A stretch of 64,000 bases of DNA from Candidatus Bathyarchaeota archaeon (lineage in GTDB: Archaea > Thermoproteota > Bathyarchaeia > Bathyarchaeales > Bathycorpusculaceae): the NCBI GenBank assembly GCA_963767735.1, contig CAVYES010000005.1:96001-160000 (forward strand), in the 5' to 3' direction. The notes under the pieces were generated by a model. It was not told where the DNA came from. It was given only the letters and a program-made list of their open reading frames with translations, and ran no database searches. Shown here piece after piece: positions 1 through 10,178 of the stretch; positions within the stretch are counted from its first letter, which is position 1, and the number at the start of each line of letters is the position of its first letter. The position numbers and the translations under genes are program-made.

Positions 1-416
1 CGGTTGCTATCGTCGCAGCAAGCTCAATAGTGTTGTTCATCATGTTAAACATAGTAAGGGAGAGAACAAAAGAAATCGGGACACTCAAAGCAATGGGCGC
101 CAGTAGCCGCGTTATTATGGGTCAGTTCATGATTGAAGGTATCGTGCTAAGCGTAATAGGCGGTGTATTAGGCATAGCTATAGGTGTAGTCGGCGCAACG
201 GCACTAGCTGGTGCATTACTTCCACATGTAAATCAAGCTGCAGGATTCATGACTTCTTCAGGCAGTACTAGTTCAACTGCTTTATCCGTGAGTGTAAGTC
301 CTGAACTTATGCTGATCGGGTTAGGCGCTGCAGTACTCTTAGGAGCATTGGGAACACTGTATCCGGCTTGGAGAGCATCAAGAACAAGACCAGCGGAGGC
401 AATGAGATATGAGTGA
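1..416 (+). CDS. ABC transporter permease, FtsX/MacB-like C-terminal part (runs in from the window edge)
   Basis: VRERTKEIGTLKAMGAS and YPAWRASRTRPAEAMRYE motifs; paralog of 32428 and 35735. Confidence 0.9.
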   Translation, partial: VAIVAASSIVLFIMLNIVRERTKEIGTLKAMGASSRVIMGQFMIEGIVLSVIGGVLGIAIGVVGATALAGALLPHVNQAAGFMTSSGSTSSTALSVSVSPELMLIGLGAAVLLGALGTLYPAWRASRTRPAEAMRYE

Positions 417-1254
417 GCTAGCACTAAAAATCGAGAACTTAGCGAAAGCATATACGCTTGGTAAACGAGAGATTCGTCCTCTAACCAGCCTTAACCTTGA
501 GGTAAAGAAAGGCGAATTCATTGCTATCATGGGACCATCCGGTTCAGGCAAAACTACATTGCTCAACATTATGGGATGCATTGACAAGCCGACCAAAGGC
601 AAAGTCCTCATCGATAATGTCGACGTTACAAACTTGCCAGAAACAGAACTTTGTAAAATTCGCAAAGACAAGATAGGCTTCGTATTTCAAAACTTCAACC
701 TACTGCCCTACCTGAACGCTCGGGAAAACGTTGAGTTAGCAATGGAACTTTCGGGAAAATTCCCAAACGAAAGGAGCAAACGGGCAAATAAGCTTCTGGC
801 AACGGTAGGCTTGTCTGGGCGTGAGAATCATAGGCCAAATCGACTCAGCCAAGGCGAGCAACAACGAGTAGCAATAGCCAGAGCATTAGCCAACGACCCA
901 GCCATAATTCTAGCTGATGAGCCCACAGGAAACCTTGACCTGAAAAACAAGCAGGAAATTGTCAAACTGCTCGCAAACCTAAACCTAAAACAAGGCACTA
1001 CCATAATAGTGGTAACACACGATGGGCAAGTCGGAGCACATACTGAGCGAATGATTCTTCTAAAAGATGGAAAAATCGATAAAGAAAAAGAGGGATTGCA
1101 TTTGACAAAGAAACTTATATGTCCTCACTGCCATGCCAAACTACCAACGGAAAACGGAGTATGCCCTAGCTGCGGAAAAACATTGCAAGAACGCAAACTA
1201 ATGCGCGGATTATTACCACCAGCTGCTGCTCAAGGGACAAAAGGTAAGACGTGA
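409..1254 (+). CDS. ABC transporter ATP-binding protein (LolD/MacB-type) with C-terminal zinc ribbon
   Basis: GPSGSGKT, LSQGEQQR, ILADEPT; C-terminal CPHC..CPSC. Confidence 0.92.
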   Translation: MSELALKIENLAKAYTLGKREIRPLTSLNLEVKKGEFIAIMGPSGSGKTTLLNIMGCIDKPTKGKVLIDNVDVTNLPETELCKIRKDKIGFVFQNFNLLPYLNARENVELAMELSGKFPNERSKRANKLLATVGLSGRENHRPNRLSQGEQQRVAIARALANDPAIILADEPTGNLDLKNKQEIVKLLANLNLKQGTTIIVVTHDGQVGAHTERMILLKDGKIDKEKEGLHLTKKLICPHCHAKLPTENGVCPSCGKTLQERKLMRGLLPPAAAQGTKGKT

Positions 1255-1736
1255 TTATCAGATGAAGGTTGTGCAAGTAACTATTAGGAGACTCCTAATA
1301 ACTTTTTTATAGTTTCAATCTTTTTTCAAGGCTCTAATACCTGACATTTATAACAAAGGTCAAAAACAAAAAAAGGAGACGCAAAAACGAGAGGTAACCA
1401 AAACGCTAATGTCGATATCGGCCGTTGGGTGCTAGACGAAACTAGACAGCGACCCCCGAAAAAGAGAAAACAGATGCATAAACGAGGCATTATTAGTGAC
1501 TTCGACCCGAGATGTAGGTTCCGTTACCCCAAATTCACTTTCGCCGAGAAATGGTTTCTGTGGGCTTTCTTCCAGCGTCTTTTCAAAAGTTGCTGACTTA
1601 ATGTTCCGATCCTTGGGTTCAAATCCCACAAAGCCCGTTCCCATTTTGGAAAAGTAATCACAGATCGACCCATTCCGCTACTCCAAATAGAATTCAGGTC
1701 GGTTTTAATTGAAATGTCCATTATGGCACGTCCAAT

Positions 1737-2162
1737 CTATCTATGTCTATAACGAGTCAATGTTTTTGGTCCCCATAAGAATGCGGCGATGGTTGCTGTA
1801 ATTATTATGATTATTCCAGTGATCTCCGGATTGTAATATGAGCCATAGATTGGAAATACAACCCAAGTGATATCGATCATTGCATGAAATAGGATCGCTG
1901 CAAATAGGCTCTTTCCAGTGTTATTATAGAGCCAAACGATGAGAACCCGCAACCCGACGGAGGCCAGGCATTCCCAGACGATCCACATAGCGGAATTATT
2001 TGCCTCAATATATGGCACGACATGCCATATTGCCCACACCGCTCCCAAAATGATGCTTGCCTGTAATGCACCCCACTGATCCTGCATAGGGTCGATAGCG
2101 TAACCTGACCAACCTACTTCCTCGCCTATGGCCGAGACGAAGAATACAATAAAAAGAAGAAA
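1737..2162 (-). pseudogene. CPBP (CAAX/Abi) intramembrane metalloprotease, 5'-truncated
   Basis: Frame extends upstream of the called ATG through GEEVGWSGYA; WAIWH and HAMID motifs; N-terminal helices missing. Confidence 0.7.
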
Positions 2163-2337
2163 ACTTGAGGAGTATACCGTTTGACTTCGGTTATTTCTGT
2201 GCTAATGGCAGTTAGAACCTGCTCAAAAGCCATTTCAGAGTATAACCTTGGGCATGGGAAAAGTCCATGCTTTTCAGAAGTCACTTTTCTGTCACTGGTT
2301 GGTCCTGATTATCCATTGCTAATTTTGCCATGCGCTG

Positions 2338-2820
2338 ATGGAGAGGAAAATATGGAGTGTGCATTTTGCCATGGAAGAGAGCGAAAAACCTGTTCAGAAC
2401 CAGAAAAAACGCAGCCAAAGCGAAAAGATAGGCCGCCTCAAGTATAACCAACAACTCCTCAAACAGACATTGACAGAGGTTGAGGAGGTCAAACTTATGT
2501 TGCGAACAATCTTTGCAGGATTGAAGGATACTTTCAGTTTTGGGCCATCGCTAATTGAGCGGGTATCTTGCCGAGATGAGGTTGATCGAGAGATTTTACG
2601 TTTGTTATTTGAGGCCGGATCGCAAGGCTTGTTACCAAAGGAACTTGCGGCTAAACTTGAGCGATTCCAAGTTACCCGTTTTCAAGTGAGTCGCCGACTT
2701 TTGAGGATGAATAAACGATTAAAAAAGGAATTTGGCGAGCAAATTGTAGAGCAGAGAGGTTGGCATTGGGCTCTCACTATTTTTGCTGCTGAGGTTTGGG
2801 GCAAAACTGAAAGAAATTAA
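2338..2820 (+). CDS. Hypothetical protein, probable winged-helix DNA-binding domain
   Basis: DREILRLL..GLLPKELA..VSRRL..GWHWALT pattern. Confidence 0.55.
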   Translation: MERKIWSVHFAMEESEKPVQNQKKRSQSEKIGRLKYNQQLLKQTLTEVEEVKLMLRTIFAGLKDTFSFGPSLIERVSCRDEVDREILRLLFEAGSQGLLPKELAAKLERFQVTRFQVSRRLLRMNKRLKKEFGEQIVEQRGWHWALTIFAAEVWGKTERN

Positions 2821-2906
2821 AAATTTTCTCTATGTCTATCAAGTTTCTTGCTCCAGAGGCAACTGATACATGTTTTCAAAAACACTATCTAAAAGCTTTT
2901 TATAGT

Positions 2907-2935
2907 AGTAAACGGTTAACTAATAAATTATTTAC
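2907..2935 (+). promoter_or_regulatory. Putative PadR operator, copy 1, just 3' of a TTTATA box
   Basis: agtaaacggttaactaataaattatttac; 27/29 identical to 5110-5138. Confidence 0.75.
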
Positions 2936-3036
2936 TATTGGAGACAGTTTTGACATGATAAAGATTAATCATAATACTCATCACTTCTCGGGTCATAATA
3001 TCGGCGTCACTTTTTCCCTATAAATATATTTGGAAT

Positions 3037-4065
3037 GTGAAGATGATGGAAAACATTGTCGAAACATCAAACCTAACAAAAATTTACGACAAAAACTTTA
3101 CAGCAGTCGATAACCTGAACTTAGAGATACAAAACGGAGAAATCTTTGGCTTACTAGGTCCAAACGGGGCAGGAAAAACCACCACAATTCGCATGCTCAC
3201 AACTCTTACCAAACCAACATCCGGAACTGCTTTTGTAGTTGGTCACGATATAGCGAAGGAACCAAACAGAGTCCGAGAAGCGATCGGATATTCTACTCAA
3301 GAATCAGCGGTTGACGAAAGCGCCACTGCAAGAGAATATCTATCCATCTTTGGCCACTATTATCATTTAGATCTGAAAAGAATAAATACACGAATTGATG
3401 AATTGCTTGAACTCTTCGATTTAACTGACGCTGCAGGGCGACTGGTGAAAACTTATTCGGGTGGAATGCGCAAGCGTTTAGAAATTGCCACGGCACTAAT
3501 TCATGAACCTAAATTGCTATTTCTAGACGAACCTACACTTGGATTGGACATACAAACACGCGTCCATATGTGGCAATACATCCAAAAACTCAACCAAAAT
3601 GGAACAACCATACTCCTAACAACTCACTATCTCGAAGAGGCTGACAGACTATGCGATCGAATCGCTATCGTCGACCATGGCAAAATTGCCGCCCTTGATA
3701 CACCTAAAGGGCTAAAAAGCAAGATTAAAGGTCAAGTAGTTTCTGTGATAGTAAGGTCTCTTGAAAAAGAGGAGTTGAATGCTACAATCAATAAAGCAAA
3801 ACAAGCCCTATCTAGTCAATCGTTTATCACAGGTATCCAACTAACAGGAGACGGTGTAAATGTACATGTAGACGATGGAATCTCGGCAATTTCAAGAATA
3901 CAGATTTTACTCGATAAAGTAGGCATTGCAATTGAGAGCACAACTTTGTCGAATCCGTCACTGGACGACGTTTTCATTATGCTTACGGGAAGAACGATTC
4001 GTGAAGAAAAGGGAAAACCACTTGGTCTTCACAAAATGGGAGAAGCAAAAAGGAGGCAACAATAA
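3037..4065 (+). CDS. DrrA-like multidrug ABC ATP-binding protein
   Basis: GPNGAGKT, YSGGMRKRL, FLDEPT, C-terminal PSLDDVF. Confidence 0.92.
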   Translation: MKMMENIVETSNLTKIYDKNFTAVDNLNLEIQNGEIFGLLGPNGAGKTTTIRMLTTLTKPTSGTAFVVGHDIAKEPNRVREAIGYSTQESAVDESATAREYLSIFGHYYHLDLKRINTRIDELLELFDLTDAAGRLVKTYSGGMRKRLEIATALIHEPKLLFLDEPTLGLDIQTRVHMWQYIQKLNQNGTTILLTTHYLEEADRLCDRIAIVDHGKIAALDTPKGLKSKIKGQVVSVIVRSLEKEELNATINKAKQALSSQSFITGIQLTGDGVNVHVDDGISAISRIQILLDKVGIAIESTTLSNPSLDDVFIMLTGRTIREEKGKPLGLHKMGEAKRRQQ

Positions 4066-4833
4066 TTGAGTTTCTCTTCTGATGCTTGGCATACTCTGAT
4101 TAGACGTGTTATTTATTACAGGCGTCAGCCTGTGTTCATTTTCTCCACTGTTGTACAACCTTTATTCTGGCTCCTACTGTTCGCTCCCTTATTTCAGAAT
4201 ATCGCTCTTGAGCCAGGTTTCCCCGCTAGCAGCTACTTGGCATTCTTCACTCCAGGCGTCATAGTTATACTTGCAATATATTCATCGATCTTCTCAGGAT
4301 TCATAATCGGGGCAGATATAAACTTCAGCGTGTTGGAAAAGATACTTGTTACGCCTGTTAACCGCTACGCACTTATGCTCGGCGAAGTGCTTAGCTCTAC
4401 TTTGATACTATACTTGCAAGTGATAATAGTATTCGCAATAGCGCTACTCTTGGGAGTAAGCATAATTACAAGTATCACTGGCGTGCTGCTAACGCTCGTG
4501 ATCGTTGGATCGCTGAATATGGCCATAGCGGCTCTTTCAAACGCATTCATAATCAAAATGAAGAACAGTGAAACGTTGGGCGCACTGAGCGCTATAGTTA
4601 CATTGCCACTGCTATTTATTTCCTCGATCCTTGTGCCTTCCTCACTTGCACCAAGCTGGGCGCAGACCGCGATGAGGTTCAACCCAGTGAATTATGCTGT
4701 GGAGGCAATAAGACCACTATTTATAAGCGGATTCGATTGGCAGACATTTCTCACAGGCTTAACGGTACTCACAATATTCGCAGCTGTTGCAATCGTAATA
4801 GCGACGTTAACACTTAGAAACTATGGAAAGTAA
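4066..4833 (+). CDS. ABC-2 type permease (DrrB-like)
   Basis: Six hydrophobic segments, NPVNYAVEAIR motif, operonic with ATPase. Confidence 0.9.
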   Translation: MSFSSDAWHTLIRRVIYYRRQPVFIFSTVVQPLFWLLLFAPLFQNIALEPGFPASSYLAFFTPGVIVILAIYSSIFSGFIIGADINFSVLEKILVTPVNRYALMLGEVLSSTLILYLQVIIVFAIALLLGVSIITSITGVLLTLVIVGSLNMAIAALSNAFIIKMKNSETLGALSAIVTLPLLFISSILVPSSLAPSWAQTAMRFNPVNYAVEAIRPLFISGFDWQTFLTGLTVLTIFAAVAIVIATLTLRNYGK

Positions 4834-5109
4834 GCTCATGATTGGAATAAATGACCTAAATCTTCAATATTCGCCTAAAACCCTTCCTAGTAGCTTTCCA
4901 GAGCGCCTTCGGCTTTACTTTGGTTGGTCTAACAGGTAAGTGCTGAAGTTCTTTTCTATACTCAGATGTATCCGCCGCGGCAATTGAACTGAGCAAACCT
5001 AAGAGATTTGTAAACTTCTTAAGAAATAATGGGAGCTAAAAAACCTTTAAGATTTAATAAATGCTGCGCTGGAAACACTTTTTTGCTTTTGACAATCTTT
5101 ATATTGCTA

Positions 5110-5138
5110 AGTAAACTGTTAACTAATAAATTGTTTAC
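5110..5138 (+). promoter_or_regulatory. Putative PadR operator, copy 2, in the padR promoter
   Basis: agtaaactgttaactaataaattgtttac following ctttatat. Confidence 0.75.
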
Positions 5139-5170
5139 CTAATATGGTAAAATCACGAAGGTGCAGCTAA

Positions 5171-5737
5171 GTGTCTTATGTTGAATGCATGGTATTAGGC
5201 TTAATAAGTCAAGGCTATCGTTACGGACACGAATTAGATAAGGTTATCGAAGAACGCAATATGCGTTTGTGGTCAAAATTAACTCGCGTTGCTATGTACA
5301 AGGCTCTCACACGCATCAGAGAAAAAGGTTGGGTCAAGGCAAATACTGAGAAAGAAGGGAAACAGCCCGAAAGAATTGTATATACACTCACAGAATCGGG
5401 CAAAGAGGCACTTAAGAGTTTGGTAGCCGAGGAACTTGCATCAAATGAATTAATGGAATTTCACATCAGTATACCTGTTAGTTTTCTTTATATACTTCCG
5501 CCAGCGGAAGTTATCATACACTTGGAAAAACGAAAAAAATTCTTAGTCCAACTATTAGAGCGGATTTCGTTAATTGAAGACATTGATAATTGTAATGTTT
5601 GGGGAAAAAGAGCGAACGGAAAATTGATTCATGGATATTATCGATTAGAAGTACAATGGCTAGAATGGTTAATTTCCGAATTAAATGGGAAACCCACTAG
5701 TGCGAGTGATGATGAAGAGGGTAAATGGAGCCTTTAG
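5171..5737 (+). CDS. PadR family transcriptional regulator
   Basis: YGHEL..MYKALTRI..GWV..RIVYTLTESG. Confidence 0.9.
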   Translation: MSYVECMVLGLISQGYRYGHELDKVIEERNMRLWSKLTRVAMYKALTRIREKGWVKANTEKEGKQPERIVYTLTESGKEALKSLVAEELASNELMEFHISIPVSFLYILPPAEVIIHLEKRKKFLVQLLERISLIEDIDNCNVWGKRANGKLIHGYYRLEVQWLEWLISELNGKPTSASDDEEGKWSL

Positions 5738-5738
5738 A

Positions 5739-6242
5739 ATGAATAAGAAAATAACGAGCAGCAAAGGCTTGAAATTCTTGCGCATTTTACACTTTTTATC
5801 AGTAAGCATATGGTTCGGAGGAATAGCATGCATAGGCGTTTTAGCCATTATATGCTTTTTTAATTTAGACAAAACTGATTTTCTAAAATTTTCTCCTTTA
5901 GTTGTGGGGCTATATCCAGAACTAATTTTACCTGCAGCTGTTTTCACAATAATTGTGGGGATTATTTATGGGGCTTTTACAAATTGGGGCTTTTTTAAGC
6001 ATAATTGGTTGCGACTGAAATGGATCTTAATAATTTTACTTATTCCTTGTACTGGCATTGGCGGCATTGATCAGTTCATGTCAGTAATTGAAAAGGTAAA
6101 GGCAGGCGACTTTAAAGGGGGATTCTCTGACGGATGGCTTGTTCTTTTGTTCATATTCCTACAGATTTTAATAATCCTAATTATGTTTGTTATATCTGTT
6201 TTTAAACCTGTGAAAAAAAATAGTGAAAGCAAATCTCTCTAA
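5739..6242 (+). CDS. Four-TM membrane protein (DUF2269-like)
   Basis: LHFLSVSIWFGG, WGFFKHNWLRLKW, C-terminal SVFKP; start refined to ATG 5739. Confidence 0.65.
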   Translation: MNKKITSSKGLKFLRILHFLSVSIWFGGIACIGVLAIICFFNLDKTDFLKFSPLVVGLYPELILPAAVFTIIVGIIYGAFTNWGFFKHNWLRLKWILIILLIPCTGIGGIDQFMSVIEKVKAGDFKGGFSDGWLVLLFIFLQILIILIMFVISVFKPVKKNSESKSL

Positions 6243-6583
6243 GACCGAAGGCTTTGTGTTTGTTAACCTGCGTTAATTTCGCTTGAAGTAAGATCGCCGA
6301 AGCCCGAAGTCAATTCTATAAATGGACCTACCAACACGATAAACGCCAAAAATTCTTGAAACGAAATCTTTCATTGGAGTCCCTGATTTATCATAAAACG
6401 TTCAGATTGTTTTAGGAAAAGTTTGTGTTTCTCCATAATTTGGTGCTATGCTTTGTTTAGAAAATGGTGTCGAGGGAGCAGTCTATTTTAATTGCTGTAA
6501 CCTTTCTGATGCGCTGAAATTACTGAGCTATCTAAAGAAACGCTGTTCATTACGATAGATTCTCGCCAGGGTTTCAAAATTTC

Positions 6584-7228
6584 GTGAAGCACAGCGAGAG
6601 CCCCAGCCCAGGAAATAAGGACAACTTTCTACCCGAGGCAAAGACTCTGGCAAAAATGGGCGCACTGACTCTGCTTGTAGACGCACCTTGGGCTTCAAAG
6701 GATTTTGGCCTGCACATATCCCAAATGGTCCCAGGCGCAATCCGCGACATGTACATTCAAGCAATTGCTGATTTCCGCAGAGGAATAGATCTTATTGATT
6801 CACAAATGGATACAAACCTAAATTGTATAGGCTACGTGGGGCATAGTTTTGGTGCACTCTTGGGCGGAATACTAGCAGGCGTTGAGAGGAGAATAAAAGC
6901 TTATGTGTTAATGGCGGGTGTAGGGAGCTTCACTGATATTGCCTTAGCGAATATGCCCAATCTGAATGGTGCTGCTTTAGAAGAATTTAGAAAAGCGTTT
7001 GAACCCATTGACCCCGTTCACTATGTGGGACACGCTGCGCCTTCAGAGCTGTTTTTTCAGTTCGGCTCTGACGACATATTTTTTCCGAACCAAAAGTTCT
7101 TGAAATATTACATTGCGGGTAGCCAACCAAAAACGATAAAATGGTACAATGCAGATCACTATGGTTTAAATGAAAAAGGATGCCTTGACCGCATAGCCTG
7201 GTTAAAAGCTCAGCTATCTCTGAAATAA
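6584..7228 (+). CDS. Alpha/beta hydrolase (acetylxylan esterase/dienelactone hydrolase-like), N-terminus probably truncated
   Basis: GHSFG nucleophile elbow, Asp in GSDD, His in ADH. Confidence 0.75.
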   Translation: MKHSESPSPGNKDNFLPEAKTLAKMGALTLLVDAPWASKDFGLHISQMVPGAIRDMYIQAIADFRRGIDLIDSQMDTNLNCIGYVGHSFGALLGGILAGVERRIKAYVLMAGVGSFTDIALANMPNLNGAALEEFRKAFEPIDPVHYVGHAAPSELFFQFGSDDIFFPNQKFLKYYIAGSQPKTIKWYNADHYGLNEKGCLDRIAWLKAQLSLK

Positions 7229-7269
7229 ACAGAGATAAAAAAGAAAACTTCCGCGCAAATAAAAATGTG

Positions 7270-7548
7270 TCAAACGAAACAATCAGAGGGAGCTAATGGG
7301 GCGTGGAGGCCGGTGTCAGCAGGTATTGAGTGTTTGAAGCTGAGTTTTTCCAGGTTGAGGCTGTCAACGAATGCGTCAATGAACCTGACGGGGTTTTCTT
7401 TGTCAACATATTTGTCGATGGTGTCTGGAAACAGCACTGTTTGGTCTCTATGGGTTCCGTTTACATGTTCGCTCATGGCTTTTCAATTGTTCTAAAGCTA
7501 GCTTTAAGCTTAACGGTAAGCGGATTATAGGACTTTTCACACAATCTG
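7270..7548 (-). mobile_element. IS1182-family remnant: terminal repeat plus first ~55 codons of the transposase
   Basis: RDQTVLFPDTIDKYVDKENPVRFIDAFVDSLNL; end sequence cagattgtgtgaaaagtc (7548-7531). Confidence 0.75.
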
Positions 7549-7569
7549 GTTTGGGTCTGAGACCCAGCG
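7549..7569. repeat. 21-bp REP-like palindromic repeat, copy 1
   Basis: gtttgggtctgagacccagcg, identical at 9893-9913. Confidence 0.8.
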
Positions 7570-7737
7570 CCTCGCCAACAAACCTAACAGCCTCATTTTG
7601 TATCATTTGGGTAATGTTTTCGTTTTCTAAGAAGATTCATGCCAGCCATATTGCAAACGTAGTTAAAGTTGCTTGTTTTACAATGAAAAAATTGTTGTTC
7701 CGGTGAAAGTTCATTAAATGGCCGAGATAAAATTCCA

Positions 7738-8184
7738 TTAGCTTTCTGATGTCGAGGACGTGTTCAGGGTCACGGCGGCGCGGATAAGAGTTTTCATAGC
7801 CTCCTCGTTAACCTTGTCGCCTTCGTGGAAGTCGATGGCACGCCTTGAACTACTTTCGAGGCAAGAATTGAAGAGAGCTGAGGGGTCATCCAACAAGGCG
7901 CCTGTGGGAAATGTCATTTTAACTGCATTCTTGTAGATCTCGCCGGTGCAGATGAGCCCGTTGTGAGACCAAACTGCAACGCCCAACGGATTGGAGGGCT
8001 TTATCCACTTTACTGCCTCGACGACTTCAGGATCGGCTTGTTTGATCAAAGCGCGGAGGTGGGAAAGCATCTCTCCTCTCCAGTCGCCTAGCTCCTGGAT
8101 TCTTTTGTCTATGAGTTGAGATGCAGATTCAACGCCCTGGTGGCCATTCTTTTTCATCGACTCGCTGAGCATTCTCTTGGTCAT
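7738..8184 (-). CDS. DUF1801 (YdhG-like) protein
   Basis: LGDWRGEML..EAVKW..GALLDDPSALFN..RRAIDF. Confidence 0.85.
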   Translation of the reverse strand: MTKRMLSESMKKNGHQGVESASQLIDKRIQELGDWRGEMLSHLRALIKQADPEVVEAVKWIKPSNPLGVAVWSHNGLICTGEIYKNAVKMTFPTGALLDDPSALFNSCLESSSRRAIDFHEGDKVNEEAMKTLIRAAVTLNTSSTSES

Positions 8185-8258
8185 CTTATCACAACAGAAT
8201 CGTTCTTTTTACCATATTTAAAAGCAACCGACCTTTAAATTCAGGAACCCTCAAGCTT

Positions 8259-8630
8259 TTATGATTGTAGAATGTTCCAGATGTTGCCATCAGGATCATT
8301 GACGCTGAAGAATCTGCCTCCCCGTGGATAAGGCATGATCTCACTGTTTGGCTTGACGCCCTTTGCTTTAATCGTCTTGTATGCTGCATCAACATCCGGT
8401 GTTGAAATAAAGAAGTTTCTTCCTGTATCGAATTTGACTTGTTCCGAAATAAAGTCAAGGGCAAGGTATGTGCCGCCGCCGGGAGGAACGACGAAGACAC
8501 TACGGTTTCCTTTCCCCCACTTGGCGTCTCCATTTGCTTCAAAGCCTAAAACATCAGTGTAGAACGCTTTGGCTTTATCCATGTCACTTACTTGCAGATG
8601 AGTCAAAATTATTTTATCAACAATTTTCAT
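8259..8630 (-). CDS. VOC/glyoxalase family protein
   Basis: HLQVSDMDKAKAFYTDVLG and F..DPDGN. Confidence 0.88.
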   Translation of the reverse strand: MKIVDKIILTHLQVSDMDKAKAFYTDVLGFEANGDAKWGKGNRSVFVVPPGGGTYLALDFISEQVKFDTGRNFFISTPDVDAAYKTIKAKGVKPNSEIMPYPRGGRFFSVNDPDGNIWNILQS

Positions 8631-8782
8631 AAAAATCACATTGCTATAATAACTAGCGCAACCTAGCATAAATTTTCGCACCCAATAGTCTTCGTGTTTT
8701 TGGACAGGCCAACATTATCAAACAACCAACGCGGAAACGAAAGTAACATGCAAGTTGTGACAGAGCAATAACTCATGAATTA

Positions 8783-9685
8783 TCATTTGCTTCGTCGCTC
8801 GCATTCGTCTACAAGCCAAATAAAGTCATGCTTTACTTCTTCAATTACGCTCAGAGTGGCTGATTTGACTTCGGGTCTTTCTTTTACCATTTGAAAGATC
8901 TCGTCTCCCTCGCTGATATTTGAAGTTGCAAAAGTAATAAAAGAGCCATTGCTTGAATCTCCTGTTACAAACACCAGATTAGTTACCCTCGAAAGCACAA
9001 GAGATTCTACTTGGGCTTTCTTGTTACTTTGACTTTGAATCATCAGGTCGTAGGCAACTCCTGACATTTTTCTTAAGTCAATCATTGGCAGGATGAAGAT
9101 AGCTGAGGATTCCAACATCTTGTTTAGCCTTCTTTTCACCGTTTTTTCAGAAACCCCAACTACTGCAGCTATGTCCGCTATCTTTCTTTCTGCGTTTCTC
9201 AGTAATTGCCCACATATTTTCCAATCAAGCGCTGTCATCTGAAAGCATGTTGGGGGGACATTAATTTCTGAAACGATGGGAGATTTAACTTCGCCCATCT
9301 TAAGGATTTGATCAGAAGACCTTTTTTGGCTGTCATCAAACAAAGTTATTAACAATTCATCACCGTAATAATTTATAACCTGAACAACTCCGTCGCTTGA
9401 TTCAATCCGGGATATTGTTTCTTTTTTGGAACTCAAACCCGCTGACTTCATAAGCAGAAATGAGGTTTTTCGGTTTAGCACCATGGGGTTTGGTAATAGT
9501 CTCCAACCCAAAAATAAGCCATCTTCCTTCAAGTGCTTGATTCTATTCCTTACAGTTTCTTCATCTACACCTATCCTTTGCGCGATTTCAAGGTAAGTTT
9601 TCTTGGTGTTCCAAAATCCCACTGACCCCCTGAGCTCCGTTATTAAACGAGAATAGGCTTTGTTTCCAACCCACAAAACGACCAA
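8783..9685 (-). CDS. Lrp/AsnC-type regulator with two HTH domains
   Basis: EIAQRIGVDEETVRNRI and DIAAVVGVSEKTVKRRL. Confidence 0.8.
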   Translation of the reverse strand: MVVLWVGNKAYSRLITELRGSVGFWNTKKTYLEIAQRIGVDEETVRNRIKHLKEDGLFLGWRLLPNPMVLNRKTSFLLMKSAGLSSKKETISRIESSDGVVQVINYYGDELLITLFDDSQKRSSDQILKMGEVKSPIVSEINVPPTCFQMTALDWKICGQLLRNAERKIADIAAVVGVSEKTVKRRLNKMLESSAIFILPMIDLRKMSGVAYDLMIQSQSNKKAQVESLVLSRVTNLVFVTGDSSNGSFITFATSNISEGDEIFQMVKERPEVKSATLSVIEEVKHDFIWLVDECERRSK

Positions 9686-9892
9686 CTCATTAAAAAGATA
9701 ACAATCATCTTTTAAGAAACTTGCTGTAGCTTATTGTCAACAACAACCAATATTTGTTCAAAACAAGTGGCTTGAAGAACGGCTCGTTTTTCAGCATCTT
9801 TGCTAGTGCTTAGCCGAAGGCGTTAAGATCTCCAAGCTTAAAAATTGCCATGAACGATACAGTAAATACGTCTGAATTCAGGTTCTGAACCC

Positions 9893-9913
9893 GTTTGGGT
9901 CTGAGACCCAGCG
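9893..9913. repeat. 21-bp REP-like palindromic repeat, copy 2
   Basis: Identical to 7549-7569. Confidence 0.8.
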
Positions 9914-9962
9914 AACTCACCAGGTCTTGGACTTGGGTAAAGACTGAAATCTTCGTTTTAAG

Positions 9963-10000
9963 CAAAAGGGACTCAGACCATTTTGGGGTAAGCCCGGTTC
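9963..10000 (+). repeat. ~38-bp imperfect direct repeat, copy 1
   Basis: caaaagggactcagaccattttggggtaagcccggttc; copy 2 at 11703-11741. Confidence 0.7.
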
Positions 10001-10144
10001 TATTCTCTAGCAAAGCTCAGATGTGAACAATTACATTACTGGCATGCTTACGAAACTACTATTCGCGAGATTCTTCATATTCTTGACTCTCAAGTTCTCA
10101 GAGAGAATCTTCCAAACCCTTGGACTTGTTAATCATGGCGTTTT

Positions 10145-10175
10145 GCTTATATATCATTAACATGAATCAGGTTAA
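10145..10175 (+). promoter_or_regulatory. TATA+palindrome element, inverted copy at the 3' end of the ATPase gene
   Basis: gcttatatatcattaacatgaatcaggttaa; 28/31 identical to the reverse complement of 11471-11501. Confidence 0.75.
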
Positions 10176-10178
10176 TCG

